Shown here: positions 1 through 11,672 of the stretch, in pieces
Numbering within the stretch: position 1 is the first letter of the stretch
Layout of the letters: each line of letters begins with the position of its first letter
Origin: Gammaproteobacteria bacterium
GTDB taxonomy: Bacteria; Pseudomonadota; Gammaproteobacteria; CAJXQU01
Direction of reading: 5' to 3'
Length of the DNA stretch: 64,000 bases
NCBI GenBank assembly: GCA_965238175.1
Contig: CBDEGZ010000003.1
Coordinates: 2,272,001-2,336,000 of the forward strand
The notes under the pieces: generated by a model
Database searches by the model: none
What the model was told of the DNA's origin: nothing
Seen by the model: the letters and a program-made list of their open reading frames with translations, nothing else
Program-made: the position numbers and the translations under genes

Positions 1-29
1 TAACCACGTCACTTTTATTCAGTAGTCTA

Positions 30-2156
30 TTGATACTTTCTTCGTGTGAAAGTCTTGTGAATCATAAACCTGTGGCGCCTGAAATAGATGATTTGCTCGA
101 ATCTGCCGATCAACCTGAATCGAGAACGATTATTAAGGAAATAGAATCGGAACAATCCACAAGTACAGCTACAAAAGTTGCAAAAGAACCTGAATTCTTT
201 CCTGGCAATGGCGTTTTCGTGGGTCACTCACACTATGCGGACAACTCCGGATCCGGTTCACAAAAATCAAAAGGTGATGTCACACTAAACTTTCAAGACA
301 CCGACATTCATGAAGTTGTAAAAGTCGTACTCGGTGATTTATTAAAAAGAAACTACTTAATTGATCCTGCAGTTGCCGGTACCGTCAATATCCAAACCAG
401 CAAACCTCTTACGAGAGAAGATCTTTTGCCGATATTAGAAAACCTATTACAAATGTCTGGCGCGACCATGCTTGAATCCGACGGTTTGATCAAAGTTGTG
501 CCTGCATCCAGCGCTGTTTTGTCATCATTGCCTCCAGGCATAGGAAATAGCATTTCTTCAAGCTCCGGTGGATTTCACACACAAATAGTTCCCCTGCGTT
601 ATGTTGGTGTTGACGAGATCAATAAAATTCTCCAACCCTTTTTAAAAGACACAATCGTGCAACTTTATCCGCAACGCAACCTGATGATTCTGTCAGGCGC
701 TCAGTCAGATCTAAAACGCCTGGTTGAAACCATTCATATATTTGATGTGGACTGGTTGAAGGGAATGTCGCTTGCGATGGTGCCTATCAACTACGCAAAT
801 TCAAATGATATCGTTAATGAGCTAGATGACCTGTTCGGCAAAGCTTCTGGCAGCCCATTAGCGGATATAGTCCGGTTTATAGGTCTGGAACGTTTGAATT
901 CAGTTATCGTCGTCACCCAACAACCTCGTTATCTGAAAGAAATGACCACCTGGATACAACGACTGGATCGCTCCGATGGTGCTGGCGGTCAACGACTGTA
1001 TGTATATCAAGTACAAAACACGCGTGCTGCTGAACTGGCAGAAGTACTGAATAATGTTTTTTCAGATCAAAATAGTAATTCCTCTCAATTTCCAGATGCT
1101 GAACTTGCGCCAGGACTTGAGCCGGTTGTGATAGAAAGCGAAACGGTTGATGGTCAACAAACCGGTACTGCTGATCAGCAATCAAGTGATTCATCAAGAC
1201 CTTCCCTTATTGTCGGTGAAGGGGTGGCTTTACCCGGTGCAGATGCCGTTAAGATCATTGCGGATGAAAGCAATAACTCTTTAGTTATACTGGCCTCACC
1301 TACTGATTATCAAATGGTCGAAAGTGCCTTACAAAAACTGGATATCACACCACTACAAGTGTTGATAGAAGCCAGTATTATTGAGGTCTCTTTAACGGAC
1401 GATCTCACATATGGCCTTGAGTGGTTCTTCAAAAATAGTACAGGGTTCGGAGAAGGTCAAGGCACGCTCGATTTAAATGGTGCAGGCGGACTCAATGCAC
1501 TAGTACCTGGTTTTTCCTATGGAGTAGTTGCTGCGGGCGGTGATGTACGTGCGGTGTTTAATGCTTTGGCAAGTGAATCGAAAGCAAATGTTTTATCTGC
1601 ACCCTCTCTAATGGTATTAGACAATCACACAGCCAGTATAAGTATAGGTAATCAAGTACCTGTTCTAACCAGCCAATCTACAAGTAACATTGGAACAAAT
1701 TCACCTACAGTCAATCAAATAGAGTACCGTGACACGGGTGTGTTAATGACAGTAACCCCACGAGTGAATGCTAGTGGATTGATTATCATGGAAATTAAAC
1801 AAGAAGTAACTAACGTGACCGAAGCAAATAATTTAGGGCCAACGTTTAATCAAAGAACAATAGAGAGCACAATATCCGTTAATACGGGTAACACGATTGT
1901 CTTAGGCGGTCTGATCAGCGATGAGCGAGAAAAAAGTAAAAGCGGTATTCCAGGCTTACATAAAGCACCGATCATCGGCCCACTCTTTGGTCAGACAGGT
2001 AATACGCTAGATCGTACAGAATTGGTTTTGCTTCTAACACCAAGAGTAATTCGTAATGACTTAGATACTTGGGAAGTAACAAACGAATTTAAAAACAAAC
2101 TACAAGATCTTCGCGACCAGTTGGAAGACGATGATTTTATAATTTCAGAAGATTGA
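30..2156 (+). CDS. gspD: Type II secretion system secretin GspD (true start may lie at or before the window edge)
   Basis: N0 motif LNFQDTDIHEVVKVVLGD, repeated N domains, secretin core (QVLIEASIIEV, APSLMVLDNHTASISIG, GIPGLHKAPIIGPLFG, TELVLLLTPRVI). Confidence 0.92.
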   Translation: MILSSCESLVNHKPVAPEIDDLLESADQPESRTIIKEIESEQSTSTATKVAKEPEFFPGNGVFVGHSHYADNSGSGSQKSKGDVTLNFQDTDIHEVVKVVLGDLLKRNYLIDPAVAGTVNIQTSKPLTREDLLPILENLLQMSGATMLESDGLIKVVPASSAVLSSLPPGIGNSISSSSGGFHTQIVPLRYVGVDEINKILQPFLKDTIVQLYPQRNLMILSGAQSDLKRLVETIHIFDVDWLKGMSLAMVPINYANSNDIVNELDDLFGKASGSPLADIVRFIGLERLNSVIVVTQQPRYLKEMTTWIQRLDRSDGAGGQRLYVYQVQNTRAAELAEVLNNVFSDQNSNSSQFPDAELAPGLEPVVIESETVDGQQTGTADQQSSDSSRPSLIVGEGVALPGADAVKIIADESNNSLVILASPTDYQMVESALQKLDITPLQVLIEASIIEVSLTDDLTYGLEWFFKNSTGFGEGQGTLDLNGAGGLNALVPGFSYGVVAAGGDVRAVFNALASESKANVLSAPSLMVLDNHTASISIGNQVPVLTSQSTSNIGTNSPTVNQIEYRDTGVLMTVTPRVNASGLIIMEIKQEVTNVTEANNLGPTFNQRTIESTISVNTGNTIVLGGLISDEREKSKSGIPGLHKAPIIGPLFGQTGNTLDRTELVLLLTPRVIRNDLDTWEVTNEFKNKLQDLRDQLEDDDFIISED

Positions 2157-2184
2157 TCTTCTAATTTAAATTACTAGTGTTAGA

Positions 2185-2952
2185 TCAAAATTTATCTTTT
2201 AATTTTCTGATCCGGGCGAATACTAACTCGTCTGGTTCAGAAAACATTCCTAAATAGTCTCGAATTTCTAAATTATCTGGCCGCAAAAAAGGATTGGTTT
2301 GTTTTTCAATAACAAGTGTCGTTGGAATCGTTGGTTTTGCTGCTTTACGTAAAACACGAACTTCTGTCATACGATGTAGCAACTGCTCATTTTCTGGATC
2401 TATAGATAAAGCGAAGTTTCCATTATTTTCGGTGTATTCGTGAGCACAGTAGATCATCGTTTGGTCGGGCCACTGTAATAATTTTTGCAATGACTCCCAC
2501 ATTTGTTTGGCCGAGCCTTCAAACAAACGTCCACACCCCATTGAAAATAAAGTATCTCCGACAAATGCCATATTTTGATCGGCCAAATAGTAAGCAATAT
2601 GGCCTGATGTATGACCGGGAGTTTCCGCGATCATTATTTCATGCTGGCCAAACGAAAATATTTCCTCATCACGTACACAAATGTCTATACCGGGAATTCT
2701 ATCTTTATCAATCTCTGCACCAACAATCGTGCAGCCAGTCATTTCTTTGAGTTGTAGATTTCCACCGACATGATCGAAGTGATGATGAGTATTAAACACA
2801 TGCGTCAATTTCCAGTGGTTTTCATTTAACACAGTCATGATTGCGTCAACTTCTGGCGTATCGACAGTAGCGGTTAAACCGGTATCATGATCATGCAACA
2901 GATAACCGTAATTATCTTCTAGACAAGGAATTTGAACGATTTCTATGCTCAT
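2185..2952 (-). CDS. gloB: Hydroxyacylglutathione hydrolase (glyoxalase II)
   Basis: THHHFDHVGG, TPGHT, GDTLFSMGCGRLFEG, CAHEYT, TNPFLR motifs. Confidence 0.95.
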   Translation of the reverse strand: MSIEIVQIPCLEDNYGYLLHDHDTGLTATVDTPEVDAIMTVLNENHWKLTHVFNTHHHFDHVGGNLQLKEMTGCTIVGAEIDKDRIPGIDICVRDEEIFSFGQHEIMIAETPGHTSGHIAYYLADQNMAFVGDTLFSMGCGRLFEGSAKQMWESLQKLLQWPDQTMIYCAHEYTENNGNFALSIDPENEQLLHRMTEVRVLRKAAKPTIPTTLVIEKQTNPFLRPDNLEIRDYLGMFSEPDELVFARIRKLKDKF

Positions 2953-3067
2953 TTATTCTCCATCAAAAATATTATATAAATGATGATGTTAATCATGCAT
3001 CATGATATTCTTTCAAGCAAATCTTTTGTTGTTATAACTACAACTGAAAACAAAGAATATTTTACCG

Positions 3068-5227
3068 TTGATGACTAAAAAATTAACCCTACTGATCGTA
3101 GATGATGATCAAGACACTCGCAAATTAATAGAACGTTCTTTATCAATAGAACAGTTTAATTTTCTGCATGCGGGCAGTGGCGAATTAGCGCTGGAAATAA
3201 TCGAACAATCATCGCCAGATCTGATCATGCTAGATGTCATTATGCCAGGCATTGATGGTTTCGAGGTCTGTCAATTAATCCGCGAACAAAAAAATGGTGA
3301 TTTTATTCCCATTCTGATCATGTCATCTCTTGATGATATGGATTCGATTAACAAGGCATACAATGCAGGTGCAACTGATTTTGTAATTAAGCCCTTTAAT
3401 CCAACATTACTCCACTATCAAATCAAGTTTTTGCTAAAAGCTAAACTTACTGATGATAAATTAAGAAGTACACAACAAAGACTAGTTACGACTCAACGAA
3501 TTGCAAAATTAGGCCATTGGGCATGGTCCTTTAATGACAATATTATTACCTGGTCTGACGAAGTATGTCAGATCATGGGCTTTCCCACTTCCACCAAGTC
3601 CGCTGGACATTATGAGATAGCTAATAAAATCCATTTAGATGACGTTGTACGTGTTAAAGATTTGATCAAAAGTGCTATTCAACAGAAAACAGCCTATCAA
3701 GTCGAGCACAAAATTATCTTACCAAACAATCAGGTAAGAACGGTGTTACAAGAAGCGGAAATATTCTTAGATAAAAATGGAAATGCTGAAAAGGTGGTTG
3801 GTACCTTGCAAGATATTACCAATAAGAAAATATCAGAAGACAAAATCAAAAGCCTTTCTTATTACGATAAAGTTACAGGCCTCCCTAATCGCAAACTACT
3901 AAAACGCTTATTAAAAAAATATATTCAAAGAGCACATGCAAAACAATCGATACCTGTTCTTACCATTACATTAGACCGGTTCAAGCTAATTACAGATTCT
4001 TATGGGCACGCGTTTGGTGAAAATTTGATTAGAAAAATAGCCATAAGATTAATTCGTAGTGTTAAAGACTCAGCATATTTTGTTCGCAATGACTACGAAA
4101 ATATCTTTCAAAAACCAGATCTTAAAAAGAACATAACCATTGCTCATTGTGGTGGTGATGAGTTTGTTGTTCTGTTGCCAGAAATTCCGGAGATTGATGA
4201 TACAGCCCTGGTTGCTAAAAATATAACCGATGGCCTATCCAAGCCTTATCTTGTTTCCGGACAAGAGATCCGGGCTACTGCCAGTGTTGGAATTAGTGTT
4301 TATCCAGTCGATGGAAAAGATCCCGATACGCTGCTCAAAAGTAGTGCAATTGCTCTATACCATGCAAAAAGACAAGGTGGGGATGACTACAAATTTTATA
4401 CTGCCAAAATGAATGCTCGTGCATTTAAACGTTTGACGCTTGAAACTCACATTCGAAAAGCTATTGATGAAAAACAATTTGTACTTTTTTATCAACCAAA
4501 AATATCTCTGTCGACAAATCAACTAGTCGGAATGGAAACCCTATTACGTTGGAAACATCCGGAACTAGGAATAATCTCACCAGATGAATTTATAAACATT
4601 ATTGAAAAAACAGGTCTTGTAGTTGCCCTCGGTGAACGGATAATCAAAGCGGTTTGCGAACAAATCAAACAATGGGAAATTGAAGGGTATCAGCTGGTTC
4701 CAGTTGCAATTAACCTTTCACCAGTTCAGTTAAGACAAAAAGATCTGCATTTACGTATTGGTAAGATACTAAAGAAAACAAAAGTAAAAGCTCACATGAT
4801 CGAACTTGAGATTACCGAGAGTTCGTTGATGAACAATATTGATAAAGCTATAGCCATGTTAAAAAAATTGCGCTTACTGGGTACTCAGATCTCTTTGGAT
4901 GATTTTGGAACAGGCTACTCTTCCTTAACTTATCTAAAACACTTCCCTGTAAACAGTTTGAAAATTGATCGAAGCTTTGTTGAAAACGTCACAAACGATC
5001 AAGATGATGCTGCCATTATTAAAGGTGTAACCGCTATGGCGCACAATATGCAACTCGAAGTCATTGCCGAGGGAATAGAAAATCAACAACAACTCACCTT
5101 TTTGAAAAATATTGGTTGTGATTATGGTCAAGGATATTTATTTGGTGAGCCTGTTGATGCCGGAATATTCACAAAAAAATTCATGCATAGAATAGATCAA
5201 GATGATGTCATGACACTTGGTGAATAA
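3068..5227 (+). CDS. Response regulator REC-PAS-GGDEF-EAL c-di-GMP enzyme
   Basis: REC (LIVDDD..DLIMLDVIMP..KP), PAS/PAC region, D-x-x-TGLPNR and GGDEF, EAL domain (ETL variant, ELEITES, DDFGTGYSS, KIDRSF, AEGIE, QGY). Confidence 0.92.
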   Translation: MMTKKLTLLIVDDDQDTRKLIERSLSIEQFNFLHAGSGELALEIIEQSSPDLIMLDVIMPGIDGFEVCQLIREQKNGDFIPILIMSSLDDMDSINKAYNAGATDFVIKPFNPTLLHYQIKFLLKAKLTDDKLRSTQQRLVTTQRIAKLGHWAWSFNDNIITWSDEVCQIMGFPTSTKSAGHYEIANKIHLDDVVRVKDLIKSAIQQKTAYQVEHKIILPNNQVRTVLQEAEIFLDKNGNAEKVVGTLQDITNKKISEDKIKSLSYYDKVTGLPNRKLLKRLLKKYIQRAHAKQSIPVLTITLDRFKLITDSYGHAFGENLIRKIAIRLIRSVKDSAYFVRNDYENIFQKPDLKKNITIAHCGGDEFVVLLPEIPEIDDTALVAKNITDGLSKPYLVSGQEIRATASVGISVYPVDGKDPDTLLKSSAIALYHAKRQGGDDYKFYTAKMNARAFKRLTLETHIRKAIDEKQFVLFYQPKISLSTNQLVGMETLLRWKHPELGIISPDEFINIIEKTGLVVALGERIIKAVCEQIKQWEIEGYQLVPVAINLSPVQLRQKDLHLRIGKILKKTKVKAHMIELEITESSLMNNIDKAIAMLKKLRLLGTQISLDDFGTGYSSLTYLKHFPVNSLKIDRSFVENVTNDQDDAAIIKGVTAMAHNMQLEVIAEGIENQQQLTFLKNIGCDYGQGYLFGEPVDAGIFTKKFMHRIDQDDVMTLGE

Positions 5228-5246
5228 ACTAATCTATAAACCCTTT

Positions 5247-5537
5247 ATGTCGAAAGAAAATAATACAGAAATAGATAATCAAGAAACTCTACTCGAATTT
5301 CCTTGTGAATTTAGTGTTAAAGCATTTGGAATTCATGAAAATGAATTTGATCTTGTCGTTGTAGAAATTGTTTCGAATCATCTCAACAAATATTCAGATT
5401 ATTCAGTTGCTACACGTGAAAGCAGTAACGGAAAATATTTATCTGTCAGTGTAACTATCACTGCTGAAAGCAAAACACAACTCGATGCTATTTATAACGA
5501 GTTAAGTAACCACGAACGAGTCACAATGGCTTTGTGA
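5247..5537 (+). CDS. ybeD: YbeD/DUF493 family protein (start 5247 preferred over 5217)
   Basis: LLEFPCEFSVKAFG, SSNGKYLSVSVTI, LDAIY; conserved position upstream of lipB. Confidence 0.88.
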   Translation: MSKENNTEIDNQETLLEFPCEFSVKAFGIHENEFDLVVVEIVSNHLNKYSDYSVATRESSNGKYLSVSVTITAESKTQLDAIYNELSNHERVTMAL

Positions 5538-6193
5538 AAATACACATCCGGCAACTTGGTCAAACCGAATATATGCCTGTATGGGAGGCGATGCGAGAAT
5601 TCACTCAACAACGAGATGAAGATACCAATGATGAAATCTGGTTATTAGAACATCCGGCGATTTTCACACAAGGTCAAGCTGGGAAAAAAGAACACATCTT
5701 AGATCAAGGTTCCATTCCAGTTATTCACATTGATCGTGGTGGTCAAGTAACATATCACGGTCCAGGACAATTAATTTGCTATGTAATGCTTAATCTTCGA
5801 CGACTTGATTTAACTATCAAAAAATTAGTTAATTTATTAGAACAATCTATTATAGAATTACTCAAAATGTACAACATAAATTCCGATCGCCGTAATAAAT
5901 CCCCAGGTATTTATGTTGGCCAAAAAAAAATTGCTGCGCTAGGATTACGTGTACGTAAAGGCTGTACTTATCATGGCCTGTCTTTGAATATAAAAATGGA
6001 TCTGAAACCCTTTCAAAGAATTAATCCTTGTGGCTTTGCTGGAATGTCGGTAACACAACTTTCAGATCTTAGTGTTGAACAAACCTTCTCAAAAATTAAT
6101 AGTCAATTGGTTGGCATATTATGTGCTCATTTAAATTATCAATCCGAAAATATTGACTGGAAAACTGCATTGCCGGAATTCTTAAACTTATGA
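5534..6193 (+). CDS. lipB: Lipoyl(octanoyl) transferase LipB
   Basis: [39 protein letters not shown]. Confidence 0.96.
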   Translation: MKIHIRQLGQTEYMPVWEAMREFTQQRDEDTNDEIWLLEHPAIFTQGQAGKKEHILDQGSIPVIHIDRGGQVTYHGPGQLICYVMLNLRRLDLTIKKLVNLLEQSIIELLKMYNINSDRRNKSPGIYVGQKKIAALGLRVRKGCTYHGLSLNIKMDLKPFQRINPCGFAGMSVTQLSDLSVEQTFSKINSQLVGILCAHLNYQSENIDWKTALPEFLNL

Positions 6194-7176
6194 AAATTGA
6201 TCCCCATAAAGCCCAACGTGGCGCTGATAAAGTTGCACGCATTCCAGTAAAGATTATACCAACGGAAGGCAAACTTCCCCGTAAACCAGCATGGATTAGA
6301 GCAAAAGCGCCTACTGATCCAAATGTTTTAAGAATAAAAAAATTAATCAAAGAAAAAAAATTAAATACTGTTTGCGAAGAAGCCTCTTGCCCTAATCTTG
6401 GTGAGTGCTTTGCACATGGTACTGCGACCTTTATGATCATGGGAGAGTTGTGTACCCGGCGCTGCCCTTTCTGCGATGTCGCTCATGGACGCCCTCAAGC
6501 ATTGGATGAAAACGAACCGCAAAATTTAGCCGATGCAATTCAAACAATGGGATTAAGCTATGTTGTTGTCACTTCAGTGGATCGTGATGATCTACGTGAC
6601 GGCGGCGGCGAACATTTTGCAAATTGCATTAATAAAATTCGCAAATATAATTCAACTATTAAGATCGAAATTCTAGTGCCCGATTTTCGTGGAAGAATGA
6701 AAAAAGCACTGGATAATTTAGAACAAGGTTTGCCCGATGTTTTTAATCATAATCTTGAAACCATTCCGCGTTTATATAAACAAGTTCGTCCCGGTGCAGA
6801 TTATCAATGGTCACTTGATCTGATCAAAGAATTTAAAAATCGTCATCCAACAATACCAACAAAATCAGGTCTGATGTTAGGTTTAGGTGAGACGTTAGAC
6901 GAAGTGAAGAATGTGTTACAAGATCTAAAAGATCATGGCTGCAATATGATCACATTAGGACAATATTTACAACCGACACGCCACCACCTCCCCGTAGAAC
7001 GTTTTGTCCCTCCTGAAGAATTTGGTCAGTTAAAAGATTTTGGAATCGAGCTTGGCTTTGACAATATTGCAAGTGCGCCAATGGTGAGATCTTCTTACCA
7101 TGCAGATCTTCAAGCAGGCCAGCAATCAAATCAAAGTTCTCGTCAAGGTTTTAGCCAAAATTCTGTTCAACCATAA
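6190..7176 (+). CDS. lipA: Lipoyl synthase LipA
   Basis: [12 protein letters not shown], radical [18 protein letters not shown]. Confidence 0.97.
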   Translation: MKIDPHKAQRGADKVARIPVKIIPTEGKLPRKPAWIRAKAPTDPNVLRIKKLIKEKKLNTVCEEASCPNLGECFAHGTATFMIMGELCTRRCPFCDVAHGRPQALDENEPQNLADAIQTMGLSYVVVTSVDRDDLRDGGGEHFANCINKIRKYNSTIKIEILVPDFRGRMKKALDNLEQGLPDVFNHNLETIPRLYKQVRPGADYQWSLDLIKEFKNRHPTIPTKSGLMLGLGETLDEVKNVLQDLKDHGCNMITLGQYLQPTRHHLPVERFVPPEEFGQLKDFGIELGFDNIASAPMVRSSYHADLQAGQQSNQSSRQGFSQNSVQP

Positions 7177-7956
7177 TTGGAAACCTCTCTGCTTTACATC
7201 ATCAAAGCTTTTATTCTTCCTCCCGGAATAAATATTTTATTACTAACATTTGGGTTTGTGTTTTTAAATAAATATAAAAAGTTCTGTCGTTTTCTTGTTC
7301 TCCTTTCGATAGCTTCTTTATTCCTTTTAAGTACCAATATGGTCAGTCGTCAATTGGCAGCTACGCTTGAAACAATAGCGCCACTTCACCCCGATCTTTC
7401 TTCATTATCTGATCAAACTGGCACCAAACCACAAGCGATTGTTATACTCAGTGGAGGTCATTATGATGTTATGCCTGAATATGGTATCTCTGTTCCACAA
7501 GCCGCTGTGCTTGAACGGATAAGGTATGCAATGCACATCCAACGCCAAACCAATTTACCTATTTTAATCACAGGTGGAAAGGTATCTTCTACCAATCAAT
7601 CCGAAGCATGGATTATAAATCAAGTTTTGCTTAATGACTTTCAAATTGGAGCAAAATGGTTAGAAGAAGAAAGTCACAATACCGCAGAAAATGCCGAGTA
7701 TAGTTTTAATATTCTTAATCAAGAAAAGATCCAACACATCTATCTTGTGACCCATACTTCACACATGAGTAGAGCTGCAAATATTTTCCAGAAAAATGGG
7801 TTCACTGTAACACCAGCACCAACAATATTTTTATCTAAAGAAGGTGATCTAACAGATTTAATGCAATGGCTACCAACGTCATATTTTTTAGCCTCTAGTC
7901 GTAATAGTTTGCATGAAATACTCGGCCATTGGTGGTACAAACTACGCCATCATTAA
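7177..7956 (+). CDS. YdcF/ElyC/SanA (DUF218) family membrane protein
   Basis: N-terminal TM, AIVILSGG, ILITGG, EEESHNTAENA, LVTHTSHMSRA, HEILG. Confidence 0.85.
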   Translation: METSLLYIIKAFILPPGINILLLTFGFVFLNKYKKFCRFLVLLSIASLFLLSTNMVSRQLAATLETIAPLHPDLSSLSDQTGTKPQAIVILSGGHYDVMPEYGISVPQAAVLERIRYAMHIQRQTNLPILITGGKVSSTNQSEAWIINQVLLNDFQIGAKWLEEESHNTAENAEYSFNILNQEKIQHIYLVTHTSHMSRAANIFQKNGFTVTPAPTIFLSKEGDLTDLMQWLPTSYFLASSRNSLHEILGHWWYKLRHH

Positions 7957-8043
7957 CTAAGAGGCTGAGATCAATAAATCAAAAAATGATCTGTCTAATT
8001 CACCTCAAATATTTCCAAGTAAAAACAACTCCATTTCCAACTC

Positions 8044-9180
8044 TTAAATTATAATCAACTCAGCTCTCAAAGCTCCTGATTGTTTTAAAGCTTCCAGAAT
8101 AGCAACCAGATCGCCCGGCGCTGCACCGACACTGTTTACGGCATTGACGATATCTTTTAAAGATACACCGGGATCAAAAAGGAACATTTTCGCATCCTCT
8201 TGTTCAACCAAAATATCTTGATTATCTATCACCACAGTTTCTCCATTAGACAAAGGTTCTGGTTGACTGACAATAGGATTATTACTGATCGTTACTGTCA
8301 AACTTCCATGTGTTACAGCCGCAGCAGAAACCATTGCATTTCGACCAATAACAATTGTTCCCGTTCGTGCATTGACAATAATTTTTGCAGCACCTTCCCC
8401 TGGTACAAAGGTGAGATTCTCTACCATAGAAACAAAGCTAACACGCTGTGTATTATCTTTTGGTGCAATGACACTGATCGAGGAACCGTCAATAGTGACG
8501 GCGCTACCCGAGCCCAAGTTTTCATTAATCACTTCTGCCATTCTTGTTGCTGTCGTAAAGTCTGGTTCATGTAAGTTAAAAACAATATGATTTCCATGCC
8601 CAAAAGAATTTGGTACAACTCTTTCAACGGTTGCACCATTAGGTATTCGACCAACACTGGGTACATTCACCGAGATCCTCGATCCATCCGAAGACTCTGC
8701 ACCAAATCCACTAACGACTAAACTACCTTGAGAGATCGCATAAACTTGACCGTCAGCTCCTTTCAAAGGTGCCATTATTAAATTACCGCCACGTAAGCTC
8801 TCTGCATCACCTAAAGAAGAAGCCGTAACATCAATTTTTTGCCCGGGTTTTGAAAAAGGCGGCAAGGTAGCATGCAAGATAACGGCTGCAACATTATCCA
8901 AACTTGGATCTACTTCAATCGGAATAGTAACACCCAATTGATTGAGCATGCTTTTTACACTTTGTACTGTAAAAGGCGCTGAACTAGAACTATCACCGGT
9001 TCCATCAAGCCCCACTACGAGCCCATAACCTACTAATTGATTATCGCGAACACCGGAAACAGAAGTAAGATCTTTAATTCTATCTGCCGCAGAATTCTGG
9101 GAAAATAGGGTGAAAAAAGCACAGAACAAAAATTTAATATGCCATTGTGATTTCATAGGTAAATTCATAGTTGATCTCAT
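8044..9180 (-). CDS. flgI: Flagellar P-ring protein FlgI
   Basis: RIKDL..GVRDNQLVGYGLVVGLDGTGD; C-terminal LEALKQSGALRAEL. Confidence 0.97.
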   Translation of the reverse strand: MRSTMNLPMKSQWHIKFLFCAFFTLFSQNSAADRIKDLTSVSGVRDNQLVGYGLVVGLDGTGDSSSSAPFTVQSVKSMLNQLGVTIPIEVDPSLDNVAAVILHATLPPFSKPGQKIDVTASSLGDAESLRGGNLIMAPLKGADGQVYAISQGSLVVSGFGAESSDGSRISVNVPSVGRIPNGATVERVVPNSFGHGNHIVFNLHEPDFTTATRMAEVINENLGSGSAVTIDGSSISVIAPKDNTQRVSFVSMVENLTFVPGEGAAKIIVNARTGTIVIGRNAMVSAAAVTHGSLTVTISNNPIVSQPEPLSNGETVVIDNQDILVEQEDAKMFLFDPGVSLKDIVNAVNSVGAAPGDLVAILEALKQSGALRAELIII

Positions 9181-9207
9181 TGATTTAGAGGTCTTAAATT
9201 TAAAAAT

Positions 9208-9954
9208 CTAAAATAGGCTCCATTTGCCAATAAAGAAACGCGCTAACCAACCCATTCTATTTGAGTCAGCAATAGTGCCATCACCGCTATAGATAATGGT
9301 CGCGTCGGCAAGTTTAGTTGATGCAAGTGTGTTATCCGGCCCAATGTCATAACGACGGACAATGCCAGCAATTTTGATATATTCATTACCTTCATTAAAA
9401 TTCAAACGTTTTTCCCCGCGAACGACCAGATTACCATTCGCTAAAACATCTGAAACTGTGACCGTAATATCACCTGTTAAGCTATTACTTTGATTACTAG
9501 TACCAGATCCACTAAAGCTATGATCAGAACTGAAATCGGTACTTAGAGTATTATCAGTATTGCTGACCAGTGGTAAAAATCCTGGTGCATTAAATAGAGG
9601 TGATGATCCCAGTAACGTAGGATTTTCTATAGTTGTTTCCTGAGTTCGTGCAGAATCGGTATTCGCCGATTTTGTTGCATTTGTTCTTTCTTGCAGAGTG
9701 ATCGTAATCGTATCGCCGATCCGTCGCGCTTTTAGATCTTCAAATAAGATAATTTCTTGGCCAGCCTTATAAATCCCACCGGTCACCAATTCCTCATCTT
9801 GTTCTTGACGATAGTTTACAATCGGTAAACTCGGTGCAAATTCCGGATCATGTTTGGGTGCAGAGCTGCATCCAGTCAACATACTCAGTATGAAAAAAAG
9901 CACCGTGCCATAATAAATAAGAGGCAGTTTTTTTTCGTTCATAATTAATCTCAA
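9208..9954 (-). CDS. flgH: Flagellar L-ring lipoprotein FlgH
   Basis: Lipobox LTGC, LFEDLKARRIGD, NGNLVVRGEK, GWLARFF. Confidence 0.96.
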   Translation of the reverse strand: MRLIMNEKKLPLIYYGTVLFFILSMLTGCSSAPKHDPEFAPSLPIVNYRQEQDEELVTGGIYKAGQEIILFEDLKARRIGDTITITLQERTNATKSANTDSARTQETTIENPTLLGSSPLFNAPGFLPLVSNTDNTLSTDFSSDHSFSGSGTSNQSNSLTGDITVTVSDVLANGNLVVRGEKRLNFNEGNEYIKIAGIVRRYDIGPDNTLASTKLADATIIYSGDGTIADSNRMGWLARFFIGKWSLF

Positions 9955-9998
9955 TTGATTCTTAATGCTGGGCTATAAAGATACTCGGCTATCAAAAC

Positions 9999-10787
9999 CT
10001 ATAAGTTCTGACCTACGTACTGCAACATTTGATCCACTGTTGAAATTGCCTTGGAGTTTATTTCATAAGCACGCTGGGTTTCGATCATATTGACCAGTTC
10101 TTCAACAACATTGACGTTAGAACTTTCTAATGCACCTTGGGCTAATAAGCCTAATCCATTCGTTCCAGGAATAGCCGATGTAGGCGCTCCACTGGCGAGT
10201 GTTTCTCTAAAGGCATTTTCTCCAATGGGTTGCAAACCGGCGGGATTAACAAAATCGGTCAGATTGATCGTGCCAACAGTTTGTGGTTGAGCTTGGCCAA
10301 GAACTTGAACCGTCACTGTACCATCTGATCCGATAGTTACACTTTGTGCTTGATCATCTATATCAATTTGATCGTTCAATAATTCGTATCCAGAAGAGTT
10401 CACCATGATGCCTTCATCACTCAACTCAAACGAGCCATCACGGGTGTATCCTGAGCTTCCATCAGGTAGTTCAATTTCAAAAAAGCCCCTACCCTGAATC
10501 GCCAGATCCAAAGAATTTCCAGTTTGCACCATATTGCCTTGTGCGTGAATTTTTTCAGTCGACACAACTCGAACACCTGTGCCCAGCATAAGTCCTGAAG
10601 GCAACTCTGAGTTCTGTGATGAAGAAGCTCCCGGTTGGCGGACGGTTTGATACATCAAATCTTCAAATGAAGCTCGTCCACGTTTAAAACCTGTTGTACT
10701 AACATTGGCCAGATTATTGGAGATTACGCCTATTCTTGTTTGTTGAGCATCCAACCCTGTTTTTGCAATCCATAAAGCAGGTACCAT
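9999..10787 (-). CDS. flgG: Flagellar distal rod protein FlgG
   Basis: [52 protein letters not shown]. Confidence 0.97.
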   Translation of the reverse strand: MVPALWIAKTGLDAQQTRIGVISNNLANVSTTGFKRGRASFEDLMYQTVRQPGASSSQNSELPSGLMLGTGVRVVSTEKIHAQGNMVQTGNSLDLAIQGRGFFEIELPDGSSGYTRDGSFELSDEGIMVNSSGYELLNDQIDIDDQAQSVTIGSDGTVTVQVLGQAQPQTVGTINLTDFVNPAGLQPIGENAFRETLASGAPTSAIPGTNGLGLLAQGALESSNVNVVEELVNMIETQRAYEINSKAISTVDQMLQYVGQNL

Positions 10788-10882
10788 CTTAAATCTCCTT
10801 TTACTTTGCTGATTTTTTTAAAATAAAAATCTTTAAAATCTAACTTAAAAACTATCTCCAGTTCTGCTGTGGCCAATCTTTC

Positions 10883-11623
10883 TTATGAAAGTCTCATCGT
10901 TTGAGCAGCGGCAGCGTCAACCTCTTCGACTGTTTCCATTGCCTTAATCTGCATTTCAAACTGACGTTGTAAATTGATCATATTCACCATTTCTCCAACC
11001 GCACTAACGTTACTGGCCTCCAATGAACCGGGAGCGACTCTGACAACCGCATCAACTTCAGCCTCACTGCCATTCTTCATCCGAAAAAGACCATCAACGC
11101 CTTTTTGCAATTCAGAAAGTTGCGGATTAACTAATTTAATCCTATCAACCTGTACGGCGGTATTCACCGCCTGACCTAATGGTCGAATTGAAATAGTACC
11201 TGAGACACCAATCTCCAGTGATTCAGCTTGCGGTAAAGCAATTGGACCACCATTACCAAGAATCAATTGTCCAGCCCCATTTTCCAGCAAGCCATTAGCA
11301 TTCAGTTGCATATCCCCTCGACGGGTATAGGCTTCCGATCCATCTGCTGCTTGAACTGCAATAAAACCATCGCCATTAATGGCAATATCGAGTCTATTCC
11401 CTGTGTATTGAGCTGAACCCTGCGCATAATTAATTCCAGGGCGTTCTGTCAGCGCATATACCCGTGATGCATGTCCGTCGCCAAACACCGGCATACTTCG
11501 TGCGGCAGCCAGATCCGCCTTAAAACCGGTGGTACTCACATTCGCAAGATTATGTACCGAGATCGCCTGTGCATTCATGGTTTGTTTAGCACCCGACATT
11601 GCGAGATAGAGCATTCGATCCAT
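10883..11623 (-). CDS. flgF: Flagellar rod protein FlgF
   Basis: [33 protein letters not shown]. Confidence 0.96.
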   Translation of the reverse strand: MDRMLYLAMSGAKQTMNAQAISVHNLANVSTTGFKADLAAARSMPVFGDGHASRVYALTERPGINYAQGSAQYTGNRLDIAINGDGFIAVQAADGSEAYTRRGDMQLNANGLLENGAGQLILGNGGPIALPQAESLEIGVSGTISIRPLGQAVNTAVQVDRIKLVNPQLSELQKGVDGLFRMKNGSEAEVDAVVRVAPGSLEASNVSAVGEMVNMINLQRQFEMQIKAMETVEEVDAAAAQTMRLS

Positions 11624-11672
11624 GACTATTTCCTATTCTTGCCTATTAATAAATTAATCAATGAACTATTAA

